Below are positions 41,233 to 54,735 of a stretch of DNA of 64,000 bases, one piece after another. Each line of letters begins with the position of its first letter. The first letter of the stretch is position 1. A model generated the notes under the pieces. The model had not been told where the DNA came from. It ran no database searches and was given only the letters and a program-made list of their open reading frames with translations. The translations under genes were made by a program, and so were the position numbers. Origin of the DNA: Chrysomallon squamiferum (lineage: Eukaryota; Animalia; Mollusca); NCBI GenBank assembly GCA_012295275.1, contig CM022676.1:9982001-10046000 (forward strand), written 5' to 3'.

Positions 41233-43479
41233 TAAAAATAATAATATAATATTTTATGAATAAGATCTATATTCATATCTACGTGTACATAATCTTGGAA
41301 TGTGGTAACGTCCCTTCTTTATCTAATACCAGCTGTTGTTTTGTTCAGCTTTTGTCGCGTAACTTTGTCATATATGGAAAATAAAAGCCTTTGAATTGCA
41401 ATAATTTTTCTCTGTTTTTCTGTTTTATTTTGTTGCTGTTCCTTTCTGTAACATCTTTATTGCTGACAAACTTAGCCACTTGCGTCAGATGGTTCATACC
41501 CATTATTCATAGGTGCTGACAGTCAAACATCAAACAGACACTCGCACAGTCAGTGAGGCAGTCACGTGGAATAATGGGCACACCTATGCTTCATTGTACT
41601 GGTCCAGAACAGGGAAGTTTTATGAGATGTTTGTTTATTTAAAGGGGAAGGCTGTTTTATCAGGTGTTTATCTTTAGTACAAACTGGCTGTGAAAGCAGG
41701 ATTGACATTTTAAATAAACCTTCCTTGTGAAGGAGAAAGCAAGAAATTCGGATCATAGCGGACATATAGGTAAGAAAAGAAATACAAATTAAATACATTT
41801 AAAAAAAAAAAAAACAGGATATTAAATAAATGACGAAGAACCGAAAACAAAAGATTAATACTAATACTAATACTAATACTAATACTAATAAATAAATAAA
41901 TAAATAAATCAGAAAGAAAGAAAGAAAGAAAGAAAGAATAATGATAAGAAGGGTAACAACCTTTTTAAAGTGTTCTGGTTTGCATAAAGTAAATATTCGT
42001 GCACGCTGATTCACCAAAATACACTTTTATTACATTCTGCTCATTTTACCTTGGAGATTAATTTCTGCACGAGTGATCGACAGAAACTGAAAACTGTAAA
42101 GTGCTGTTGGTGCAGTCAAATGATATCACCGTGAGATAAATTTACACATTTATAATCAATCTTGTGAACGTCTATAAAATAATACTTTATTTATTTGTTG
42201 TTATAATTATTACTATTATTATTATTTCAAATCTCTTTCTTCTTATATATCGTCATAATTATAAGGAAAGGTTTCTAAATTCTTCAGTTAAGATTAATCT
42301 TTTTGTAGATTTATAAAATAAAAGATATATATATATATATATAACACACCTGTAAGTAACAGTATTTTCAGACATTCTGCAACTGTGATCAAGACTCATT
42401 CGTTTATTTTAATCATAACAGAGTGTACGTTACTTGGCGTACAGAGGTCAATAACAGGAAAATATATTTAGTTTTATCTACCTTATCTATCCTGCCTAGC
42501 TACCTATCTACCTGTCTGTCTATTTATCTATATATCTATCTATCCATCTATGTATCTATCTGTCTGCCTATCTACCTACTTGTCTTTTTCTATATCTGTT
42601 TATATCTTTCTCTGTATTTCTATGTATGTATGTATGTATCTATTTATATGTGGTGAATAATGCATATGTCTAAACATACTTGTTACAGGGTATATATATA
42701 TATAGATATAGATCTACAGATCTAGATATAGATAGATCAATTTACAGATAATTAAAAAGCATTAATGCGTCTGACTTTAAAACAGTAGTCATGTGTACAT
42801 TAAGATTTTAAATTTTATCTTAGTTTTCACCCGACTTCGTTGTTAATATCAATAACATATATATGTAAACGAATATAAAAGAACGAAAACAAACTGGCAA
42901 AAAATAAAAATAAATTAATTAAATTAACAAACAAATAAATAAATAAATAAATAAACAAATAAATAAATAAACGACATCATCTGATCCTTGAGCAATTTGT
43001 GCTAGGACGCGGAATCAAAATGGCCGACACCGAATCAGGAAAAAAATTAGTATGATTTCTAGGTAAGACAGAAGTATACAATGGAAAAAAGAAAATAAAG
43101 ATGGCCTCCATGTTTTATTTATTTCAGAAAAAGCACATTCTCAAGAAGCCTTAATCATAGTCGTGTTGCATTTTAAATGGTCAATTTTAACTTCTCAATT
43201 TAAATTATTTTCCTTTTCTGGTCGTTCTCGAGTAGTTAAGATTATATTTACAAAGAGTTTTTGATCTTTCATGGAATTTGAAAGGTAATCTTGCGTTTCT
43301 GAATGTAACATTCGAAGAACTCACAACCGACTTAAATGTGCCTTTATTATCTTTCACGGTAACTCTCGAAAGTCTTAAGTCTTCAGATATGTGGCAAGTT
43401 TGACGTCCATTCTTGTTCTATGATAATGGAAGTAACGTGCAGAATATTCAGAATGAACAAGCGGAATGAACCAGTGAGA

Positions 43480-43963
43480 GGAATGTCTGATACACAAGAT
43501 GAAAATGAATATTCATCATTTTGAGTCTGAAGCCATTGGTGACACTGAGAATAGGCAAATTCTATTAAAAAACATATACAAAATTCTTTGTAACAGAAAG
43601 GCAATAAAAACAAATAATATATGTAGAAACAAAAAAGAATAAATAATAGATTATGTACAACCCACCAAAGTAAAATATCTATTAACAATACGAAATGATG
43701 TATTAAGTACATTCAATAAATGCGTTATGTTCTATAAACAGAAGTAAATTATACGTGATACACAGCTGTATATATATTATAGCTGTTGAGTTGAAAAAAT
43801 AAATAAAATAAAAATAAAATAAAATAAAATTGACTTTGAGGTATTCATTTACGACAAGTCAATTTTTAATTAAGTACGAGTTTTATTTGGAACAGCGTGT
43901 AGTACAATTTGAAACACATATACTTTTGTTAACTGGCTAACTTTAAATCTGAACAAAAACAAA

Positions 43964-44018
<55 letters not shown>

Positions 44019-46411
44019 TATATACCCGTGCATTTGGGACACATATTGTAGTTTCTGCCGGGAACACGCATATTTCGCAAATTCCGGTGGAGTTGCACAC
44101 CATTTAAAGATCGTTACAATTGACTTTAATATTGCGATGCTTTTGCGAGTACGTTATATTTCATCATGGCCTGTTTCGATTGTATATAATAATAACAATA
44201 CCATTAAAAATACGTTTTCTGTGTATGTGTTTGTGTGTGTATGTTTGTGTGCGTTTATGTGTGCATGTGCGTTATGTTCGTGAGTGTATGTAGATGTATA
44301 CGTTTGTATATGTATAATCTCTTTGTAGGTGATTTTGTTTTGGTGTTTTCGTGTATGTTGTAACTATGTATGTGTTTATGTGTATGTGTAAATATAAGTA
44401 TGTATGTGTATGTGTTTTTTTGGTTTGTGTATGTTTACTGCGTCTCTGTATGTATGTCTACGTTTGTTGTGTATATTTTTTTTTTATATATGTGTTTTTA
44501 TATATGTACGTGTATATGCATGCGTGTGTAGTTTATGTTTCTGTCTGTTTTTGCCTTTATAAGATTACGTATTCACACATTAGTTTTATATTTATGTATT
44601 GATGATCAATAACTGAAACGTAAATTTGTATTTATTTATTATAATTATATTTCGCAAAGTTGTTTGTTGGTTAGTAGTAACATCTGGAACTCTAATATAA
44701 AATGTATTTTCCACTAAACCGTAAAGGATGATATGTGCCTTCGACGTACATACGTACGTATGTGTTTTTAATGTTACGAAATTCAGGATCTCAAATTTGA
44801 TCTTACTTTTGATTGTCATATTCAGTTAATACATATTTGTATGGTGCTTGAAATATGTACGTATTTATAACAAAATTTATAACAAAACCTACATTAAATA
44901 TACATCTGTTTGTAATATAGGAATTCACTTTAAGTACATAACATAAATCTCTGTATTACTCTATTAAATACTGTATTTAATATATAGATGACGCCTATAG
45001 GATAAAAACTGAAAGTTACATTTGACTTTATATATATATAATGTAAATTCATGGGAAACAAAATGGATTAAAAAGTTCTGAAAACTATCTCTTACATTTA
45101 AATATTATTTATATAATGTGAATCTGCATAGTAAATTAGTGGTATTATTTTTTTATTTCAAAAATATAATTAGATTTATTTTTATTGCAGATCTCCGAAT
45201 CATTCATCAAAATCTGCGAGTAATAATATTTTTCTGAAATATAGGACATTATCAGAAAACATTAACTAAAAACAGAGTCGATAACTTATATAAAGAGGAA
45301 AAGAGGAAAAGGAACAGACAGAAAAAGAGAAGCGACGGATTAAAAAAAACAATTCCACACATGGCTAGACTTCGTCATTTTGTTTTCTGTCAACTGTTCT
45401 TCGTTTTCGTGCACTTTCTCATGTTGCAATTTTTTAAATATAACCCTGTGCATCAAACTTATTGGAAACTCTCCAATTCAATCATTTCAGAAAGCAACTC
45501 TAACAAAAATCTAAATTATTCTCCAAGACAAAATCAAGAAAAGAAATTTTCACATCAAGATCTTACCACGTTGTTTAAGTCTGCCAAAGTTTTGACGCGA
45601 AGTAACACGTCATGGACTAGCGAGGATGACGTATGCAATTCAGACACTGCTGACTTTGTGAATGCTACGCTGCGATCTCCTGCCGGAAATACACCTATTT
45701 TCGTGTATTCTAGTACCAAGGACATATGGGTTTCTGCAAATCTTTTGCGTTCTGGAATCTGGGAAAGAGATAACGTTAATCTGCTATATAACTTCATGAA
45801 GAAAGACGAACAATTAGATTTCGTGGATTTAGGTGCAAATGTCGGTACGTTTGGACTAACTTTCGCCAAAATGGGACGACGAGTGATCTTAATAGACCCG
45901 CTGCTAAGCAACGTTAAGCGTCTGTGCAAATCTGTCGAAAAGGGAAAATTTGTTAGAAAGGTGTTTTTGATCCACAATGCTGTTTCGGATAAAAGATTCA
46001 GAGTTGGATTTGGAAAAGACGCAGATAATGTAGGCGGTACTTACGTAAAAGAAATGACGTCAAAAGATTCGGAAGTAGCACAAGCGATACTGTTGGACGA
46101 TATACTGGAACTCTCCACGCTCGAGAATTTTACTAAAATTATTCTAAAAATAGATATCGAGGGGCACGAAAAGAGAGCTTTCCTAGGGGGAAATAAATTT
46201 TTCACAAACATCGACATCAGATATATTTTGATGGAGTGGGAAAAGTCGAGAAAAAATGGAAAGGAAATTATTGACTTCTTAACAAAACACCGTATGAAAC
46301 CTTACTCTGTGACAAATCAGCCGTTAGATGTGAAACAATATGAAAAGTGGCCTTCAGATATGTTGTGGAAAAAAGAATAAAAATAATAATATAATATTTT
46401 TGTGCATAATC

Positions 46412-46460
<49 letters not shown>
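43480..46460. repeat. Inverted duplication unit (upstream intron plus copy 2), pairing with ~49600-52545
   Basis: Mirrored spurious ORFs 43870-44103(-)/51955-52185(+) and 43383-43712(-)/52343-52543(+); 38880-40216 is a third, direct copy of 44028-45361. Confidence 0.88.
45361..46380 (+). CDS. FkbM-family methyltransferase, copy 2 (339 aa)
   Basis: Near-identical to copy 1; protein differences only in the stem (ESNSNKNLNY, WTSE) and C-terminal KKE; acceptor ending at 45190. Confidence 0.9.
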   Translation: MARLRHFVFCQLFFVFVHFLMLQFFKYNPVHQTYWKLSNSIISESNSNKNLNYSPRQNQEKKFSHQDLTTLFKSAKVLTRSNTSWTSEDDVCNSDTADFVNATLRSPAGNTPIFVYSSTKDIWVSANLLRSGIWERDNVNLLYNFMKKDEQLDFVDLGANVGTFGLTFAKMGRRVILIDPLLSNVKRLCKSVEKGKFVRKVFLIHNAVSDKRFRVGFGKDADNVGGTYVKEMTSKDSEVAQAILLDDILELSTLENFTKIILKIDIEGHEKRAFLGGNKFFTNIDIRYILMEWEKSRKNGKEIIDFLTKHRMKPYSVTNQPLDVKQYEKWPSDMLWKKE

Positions 46461-46468
<8 letters not shown>

Positions 46469-47026
46469 TTGTTGTTATGGTTTTCTATTATTCTACGTCA
46501 CAAAGAAAATCGCAGAACAGTTAATAAATAAATAAACCAATAGATAAATAAATATATAAATAAATAAATAAACAAACAAACAAACAAACAAATAAACAAA
46601 CACAAAAACAATAAATAAATAGATAAATAAATAAATAAACTGACATACGCGAAAGTCAAAGAATATTTTTCATATTATTGTTATCATTCATTATTGATAA
46701 AGTGTTTCTCCAGTTATGTAAAAAAAAAAGATTTGTCACGGATTAAAACTGTCGCAGATTTATATTAATCAGCGAAGATATAAATGCACAACACTGATAT
46801 ATGTGCATCATGGTAACAACCAGACATTTTGAAACGAGTCTAAAACACTTAATCACCGAGTCAGTTATGTCTTTGATCGCAACGATGTCGGTAGACACCG
46901 TAGACACATAGACGAATTCATTCAGTGGATATAGTTTCTATCGGAATAGAGATTTCTGTTTTATATTTTTTAAATGGAATCTTTGTATGTATGAAAAAAA
47001 AAAATCTTCAATGTCGGTATGAGGCG

Positions 47027-47071
<45 letters not shown>

Positions 47072-47709
47072 ACAAAATGGTTAAATTTACCTACGTTTGC
47101 TGTGTATGTCTTTTTATATATGTGTGTGTTTATATATATGTACGTGTATATGTATGCGTGTGTAGTTTATATTTCTGTCTGTTTTTGCCTTTATAAGATT
47201 ACGTATGCACTACTATACCTACTAATACCTGTTCACATTTACTTACGTTTGTCTTACACTATTCTGCCAAATGTAATTTAAATCAATTTAAATCAATAAA
47301 GGTTTGAATAGATATTGAGAACGCGTTTCTCGTTTTATTCAGTTTGGTGGTGGCATCTGTTACTTTTCTGTAAAATTCTAGTTGTTGTTGCTGTTCAAAC
47401 GTTTAGTCACTTCATGTTATTACGTAATGAATTTACAACAAACTTTCCATCTTTCGATATTTTCTGCACGCGAGAACGTTACAGAAAGGAGTAGGTATGT
47501 TAAGGTTCAATTTTGGTCTCAGAGTAAATGTCAACAGGTCATATATATATTTTAATATATATATGAGACTTTAAATGATATTCCTGTATTCTTAAAAAAC
47601 AACAAACATAAATAAATAAGAAAGAATAAATAAAAAAAGCCACAATGTTCACACAAATGTATTAAATTCACAAATTAAGATATAAATTAGTTCAGAACTC
47701 AAGATCAGT

Positions 47710-47764
<55 letters not shown>

Positions 47765-48059
47765 AGTGGTAAAAGGTAATTTAGTGCAATTTGAAAACAT
47801 GCTGTAGTTTCTGCCAAAAACTCGCATTTTTCGCAAACTCCGGTGGATTTGCACACGTTGTCGTTAATTTGCGACGCTTTTGCGAATACGTTTCAGAACA
47901 GTAGGATATTATTAAGAGAACGCTTCAGACAGATTTGTCGACAGAATTCTTGTTCTGTATTTTATCATGGCATCTTTGGCTTCCATATAAGAATATCCGT
48001 AAAATAAGAAATACATTTTCAGTGTATGTTTTTATATGTGTGTATGTTTGGGTGTATAT

Positions 48060-48068
48060 ATTTGTATG

Positions 48069-48100
<32 letters not shown>

Positions 48101-48190
48101 TGTATGTATGTATGTATGTATGTGTGTATGTATGTGTATGTATGTATGTATGTATGTATGTGTGTATGTATATGTATGTATGTATGTATG

Positions 48191-48222
<32 letters not shown>

Positions 48223-48262
48223 TGTATGTATGTATGTATGTATATGTATGTATGTATGTATG

Positions 48263-48294
<32 letters not shown>

Positions 48295-48314
48295 TGTATG
48301 TATGTATGTATATG

Positions 48315-48354
<40 letters not shown>
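48060..48354. repeat. (TATG)n/(TA)n microsatellite
   Basis: Direct reading. Confidence 0.95.
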
Positions 48355-48357
<3 letters not shown>

Positions 48358-48559
48358 GAACAACCCAATTCCAAATCATCCCAAATAGGTTTTACATGTA
48401 AAACCAGACCTACGTTTAGAGTGACTGAACCTGCAATAAATATAATAATATATATATATATATATATATATAATTAATTATTTCTCAATTTACCCACTAG
48501 TTATTAATCTACACCTAATATTATAACATATAGAGTTTATTAAAAGATTTTAAAAAAAC

Positions 48560-48930
48560 CCTCTAATTTGACATAAAACAGCGATACAAATAGACATTCT
48601 TTTATGGTTGCCATCTTGATTTCTTTGTGTCTTTTGGGGAAAAATTACAGCTATATCAGATTCTTTGTGCGTGAAAACATATAAAACAACTTATTCGTTC
48701 ATTTTTCTATTTGATCCAGTTACTAAAATATGAAGAAAATAGATTCAGTGGCGGCCATCTTGGATTTCCCCCCCGGCAGTTTCTCAATATATATGCCCTA
48801 AACATGAATTATCAACACTAAAGAAAACTTTAGACTCTTAAACGAGATTCCGTGCTACTTCTGCCGGACAGTCACATCCGGACATATGCATATACATACA
48901 CACCAACATACACACACATTATAATTATAT
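48560..48930. mobile_element. Possible Helentron-associated non-autonomous (HINE-like) repeat fragment
   Basis: Repeated gccatcttg core (ggttgccatcttgattt, ggcggccatcttggattt) followed by ccggaca repeats and an AC-rich microsatellite; family assignment is from recalled resemblance only. Confidence 0.3.
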
Positions 48931-48974
48931 TCCAGCTTTAGTAGTCTTCGTTTTTTTTAATTTGTAATAGAGGA

Positions 48975-49185
48975 AAGGTTGCTATAAACAGGATTAATTT
49001 TTTGCGACGTCAGGGCCATAGTAACCTTCAGCTGGTGAACTCTAATTGTTCTATGTTCAGTGCTGAATTCATATTGCTTGATGAAACATTAATTACTCAT
49101 CTCCGTTTTTGCAGTTTCCTCTCAGCATAATTTTTCAATGATGTTGGACCGGTAGATTTATAATTGTGCTACCTACTGTAACATA
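48975..49185 (-). pseudogene. Decayed exon fragment, paralog of 54500-54735
   Basis: Reads NN*SSPAEGYYGPDVAK/INPV on the - strand, with a stop and a frameshift. Confidence 0.45.
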
Positions 49186-49406
49186 GTACAGACACACGTT
49201 CTAAGTGTCTGTTCAAACATTTATTGATTTATATAGCACATGTCAGTGACAAAAGCTCATTAAATTTTCGCACAGATTAGTAGTTAATGAAATATGCGAA
49301 ATTTATTCACTTTGTCATGAAAACACAAGCAAATGGGAGTGAAGCAGGATTTATGTGCACGTGTGCCTTCATTAATTATACGTTTACGAGTTACAATCCG
49401 TGACAA

Positions 49407-49441
<35 letters not shown>

Positions 49442-49685
49442 CTGAAGAAGATACCTCATGAACAGGAAAATATATTTATTCATTTATTTAATAATTTTTT
49501 TTTTTTTTAAATCGTTTTTGTTGTGTCTATGACTTTTGTTTATTTATTGATTAATTTGTTTGTTTGTTTGTTTATTGGTTTTGTCAGTTTATTTCTATGT
49601 TAACGTAGAATGATAGAAAACAACAACAAAACATTATTATTATTATTATTATTATTATTTACAAAAATATTTTAAATTATTATTT

Positions 49686-50705
49686 TTATTCTTTTTTCCA
49701 CAACATATCGAAAGGCCACTTTTCATATCGTTTCACATCAAACGGCTGATTTGTCACAGAGTAAGGTTTCATACGGTGTTTTGTTAAGAAGTCAATAATT
49801 TCCTTTCCATTTTTTCTCGACTTTTCCCACTCCATCAAAATATATCTGATGTCGATGTTTGTGAAAAATTTATTTCCCCCTAGGAAAGCGCTCTTTTCGT
49901 GGCCCTCGATATCTATTTTTAGAATAATTTTAGTAAAATTCTCGAGCGTGGAGAGTTACAGTATATCGTCCAACAGTATCGCTTGTGCTACTTCCGAATC
50001 TTTTGACGTCATTTCTTTTACGTAAGTACCGCCTACATTATCTGCGTCTTTTCCAAATCCAACTCTGAATCTTTTATCCGAAACAGCATTGTGGATCAAA
50101 AACACCTTTCTAACAAATTTTCCCTTTTCGACAGATTTGCACAGACGCTTAACGTTGCTTAGCAGCGGGTCTATTGAGATCACTCGTCGTCCCATTTTGG
50201 CGAAAGTTAGTCCAAACGTACCGACATTTGCACCTAAATCCACGAAATCTAATTGTTCGTCTTTCTTCATGAAGTTATATAGCAGATTAACGTTATCTCT
50301 TTCCCAGATTCCAGAACGCAAAAGATTTGCAGAAACCCATATGTCCTTGGTACTAGAATACACGAAAATAGGTGTATTTCCGGCAGGAGATCGCAGCGTA
50401 GCATTCACAAAGTCAGCAGTGTCTGAATTGCATACGTCATCCTCGCTAGCCCATGACGTGTTACTTCGCGTCAAAACTTTGGCAGACTTAAACAACGTGG
50501 TAAGATCTTGATGTGAAAATTTCTTTTCTTGATTTTGTCTTGGAGAATAATTTTCTTTTTTGTTAGTAATGCTTTCTGAAATAATTGAATTGGAGAGTTT
50601 CCAATAAGTTTGATGCACAGGGTTATATTTAAAAAATTGCAACATGAGAAAGTGGACGAAAACGAAGAACAGTTGACAGAAAACAAAATGGCGAAGTCGA
50701 GCCAT
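49686..50705 (-). pseudogene. FkbM-family methyltransferase, inverted copy 3 with a premature stop at codon 250
   Basis: GAA>TAA at 49956-49958; the frame continues without indels to the normal KKE-stop at 49686-49688; the truncated 249-aa product would lack KIDIEG. Confidence 0.85.
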
Positions 50706-52039
50706 GTGTGGAATTGTTTTTTTTTTTAATCCGTCGCTTCTCTTTTTCTGTCTGTTCCTTTTCCTCTTTTCCTCTTTATATAAGTTATCGACTCTGTTTT
50801 TAGTTACTGTTTTCTGATAATGTCCTATATTTCAGAAAATTATTATTACTCGCAGATTTTGATGAATGATTCGGAGATCTGCAATAAAAATAAATCTAAT
50901 TATATTTTTGAAATAAAAAAATAATACCACTAATTTACTATGCAGATTCACATTATATTAATAATATTCAAATGTAAGAGATAGTTTTCAGAACTTTTTA
51001 ATCCATTTTGTTTCCCATGAATTTACATTATATATATATAAAGTCAAATGTAACTTTCAGTTTTTATCCTATAGGCGTCATCTATATATTAAATACAGTA
51101 TTTAATAGAGTAATACAGAGATTTATGTTATGTACTTAAAGTGAATTCCTATATCGTATACAAACAGATGTATATTTAATGTAGGTTTTGTTATAAATAC
51201 GTACATATTTCAAGCACCATACAAATATGTATTAACTGAATATGACAATCAAAAGTAAGATCAAATTTGAGATCCTGAATTTCGTAACATTAAAAACACA
51301 TACGTACGTATGTACGTCGAAGACACATATCATCCTTTACGGTTTAGTGGAAAATACATTTTATATTAGAGTTCCAGATGTTACTACTAATCAATAAACA
51401 ACTTTGCGAAATATAATTATAATAAATAAATACAAATTTACGTTTCAATTATTGATCATCAATACCTAAATATAAAACTAATATGTGAATACGTAATCTT
51501 ATAAAGGCAAAAACAGACAGAAACATAAACTACACACGCATGCATATACACGTACATATATAAACACACATATATAAAAAGACATACACAACAAACGTAG
51601 ACATACATACAGAGACGCAACAAACATACACAAACCAAAAATACACATACATATACATACTTATATTTACACATACATATAGTTACAACATACACGAAAA
51701 CACCAAAACAAAATCACTTACACAGAGATTATACATATACCAACGTATACATCTACACACACTCACGAACATAACGCACATGCACACATAAACGCATACA
51801 AACATACACACACAAATGTACACACAAGCACATACACAGAAAACGTATTTTTAATGTTATTGTTATTCTTATATACAATCCAAACAGGCCATGATGAACT
51901 ATAACGTACTCGCAAAAGCATCGCAATATTAAAGTCAATTGTAACGATCTTTAAATGGTGTGCAACTCCACCGGAATTTGCGAAATATGCGTGTTCCCGG
52001 CAGAAACTACAATATGTGTCCCAAATGCACGGGTATATA

Positions 52040-52097
<58 letters not shown>

Positions 52098-52852
52098 TTT
52101 GTTCAGATTTAAAGTTAGCCAGTTAACAAAAGTATATGTGTTTCAAATTGTACTACACGCTGTTCCAAATAAAACTCGTACTTAATTAAAAATTGACTTG
52201 TCGTAAATGAATACCTCAAAGTCAATTTTATTTTATTTTATTTTTATTTTATTTATTTTTTCAACTCAACAGCTATAATATATATACAGCTGTGTATCAC
52301 GTATAATTTACTTCTGTTTATAGAACATAAAGCATTTATTGAATGTACTTAATACATCATTTCGTATTGTCAATAGATATTTTACTTCGGTGGGTTGCAC
52401 ATAATCTATTATTTATTCTTTTTTGTTTCTACATATATTATTTGTCTTTATTGCCTTTCTGTTACAAAGAATTTTGTATATTTTTTTTTTTTATAGAATT
52501 TGCCTATTCTCAATGTTACCTATGGCTTCAGACTAAAAATTGATGAATGCAATAAAAATAAATCTAATTATATTTTTGAAATAAAAAAAATAATACCATT
52601 AATGTACGTACTAGTCAAATTTACGTAATACAAATAACAATGAAATGTAAGAAATAGTCTTCAGTTGTTATTGCTCTTTTTAAAAAAGGAACTTTTTAAT
52701 CCAGTTTGTTTCCCATGAATTTCGTACTCGTACAAACATACGTACATATGTACGTCGAAGATGATTTCATCCTTTCGAGTTTTAGTGGAAAATAAATTTT
52801 ATATTAGACGCCCAAATAATCAATAAATAACATTATGAAATAATGATTATTA

Positions 52853-52883
<31 letters not shown>

Positions 52884-53403
52884 GGAGTACATAAATATAC
52901 AGGAATAAACTTACACACACAAACACATATCTATATGCACAACAAATTTACATATACCAACATCAGACATATATAAAGATATGCAGCAAACATACACATA
53001 TACTTAAACGTACACAAACATAAACACTTACATTATATACATACACACAGGAACATAATACACATTTATACATAAACACATACTAACATATACACAAACA
53101 TACAGATACAACAAACATACACAAACACATACACATACGTATTCCTACCTATACATATACAAAGTTATACACCTACAAAAAACACACATACACACACAAA
53201 CATAATATATACGTACACGTACATATAAAAATATACACCCAAACATACGAAGACGCATTGATGAAATACTGATCTTGAGGTCTGAACTAATTTATATCTG
53301 TCAATTTCTGAATATAATATATTTTTGTGAACATTATGGCTTTTTATTTATTTATTTATTTATTTATTTATTTGTTGTTGGTTTTTTTAAGAATAGAGGA
53401 ATG

Positions 53404-53437
<34 letters not shown>

Positions 53438-53445
53438 GCCTTAAT

Positions 53446-53484
<39 letters not shown>

Positions 53485-53496
53485 GCCTTAATTGTT

Positions 53497-53527
<31 letters not shown>

Positions 53528-54289
53528 GTATGTATATATGACCTTTTGGTGCTTAAATTTTTCTTTATTATTCCCACTCCTATCATACCTGAAATGTTCT
53601 CACATGCAGAAAATATCGAAAGGTGCACACGGCAGTTGTTGTCTTCTGTCAGGGTTGATTGCGTAATAAGGAAAGAAATCAAGATAGTAATAATAAAAGG
53701 ATGTGTATATCGCTGTTTTATGTCTGAGGCCTTTTAATAAACTGTACGTGCAATCATGCTAAGTGCAGACTAAGAATTATATTTATTGTTATATTTATTG
53801 CAAGCTCAGTCACTCTGTGAGTGTATGTCTGTTGTTATACGTAAAGTCTATTTGGTATGATTTCGAACTGGGTTCTTCAACTGTCAATGGCGAGTTGTAA
53901 CTAACTGTAGCTGGGACTCAAGTAGATTCAAGTTATCTGCTGATTTCACCGTTCCACGATCTGTCTTCTCAACGTCCATTTCTACACTCTGACCGTAAGA
54001 TGTTTAGTAATGCTCACATTTTGCTTTTTTGAGGCCAGAGAGCATCTCTTGGTGTTGGTTTATACCGCTTGACCAAGTCCTGAGTTGGTCATTTGCTATC
54101 ATGCCACTGTTCCGTTGTCCATCCAGTAGCATGCAGTTATGAATGGAACTTCCCCGCTGGCAGAGATGCATTCGATTTGTAACAGAAGTGACAGATTAGG
54201 TCCACTCCTTACATCTTTCAAGCTTTACTGTTTGTTGTTGTGTGTTTATCTAGTAGGTGTAGGTAGTATTACACAATCGTGATAATAAA

Positions 54290-54735
54290 GTACTGTCTGG
54301 ATTTAAATGTATTAATCACTGTCAAATCGCCCGTGAACGTCAGTATCCACTAGAGGATCACAACGAGGATCTGAGACATTGGTACGACGTTGACTCTGCA
54401 GGTGTGGTGTTCACGTCCTTTCTGTGGTCAACGTCACCTCCGCTGCTGACTTCAGTTAAAGTCTTGAGATGTGACGATCAGTTTGTCATTCTGTTTGTGA
54501 ACGCGATACAGATGATGTCAGTGAACAGTTTCTTGTTTTCAGTGACAGGGTTGATTTCTGCGATGTCAGCTCCGTAGTAACGTTCAGCTGGTGAACTCTG
54601 ATTGTTCCAGCTTTTTGTGCTCAATTCACAGTACTGATAAAACACCGAGTATGCTGCTCGTTTTTTTGCAGCTTCCTCTCAACGTGATCTGTGATGTTGG
54701 ACACAAAGGTTTATACTTTACAACAGAGAGACCTG
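54290..54735 (-). pseudogene. Decayed coding exon of an unknown protein
   Basis: - strand reads YSVFYQYCELSTKSWNNQSSPAERYYGADIAEINPVTENKKLFTDII; differences from the 49-kb copy are enriched at third codon positions. Confidence 0.45.

Noticed and set aside
47925-48477. HTYI/CMYV repeat ORFs
   Set aside because: Translations of the (TATG)n microsatellite
49956-49958. In-frame stop as programmed recoding (selenocysteine or readthrough)
   Set aside because: The codon is TAA replacing Glu of the intact paralogs, so it is a simple point change
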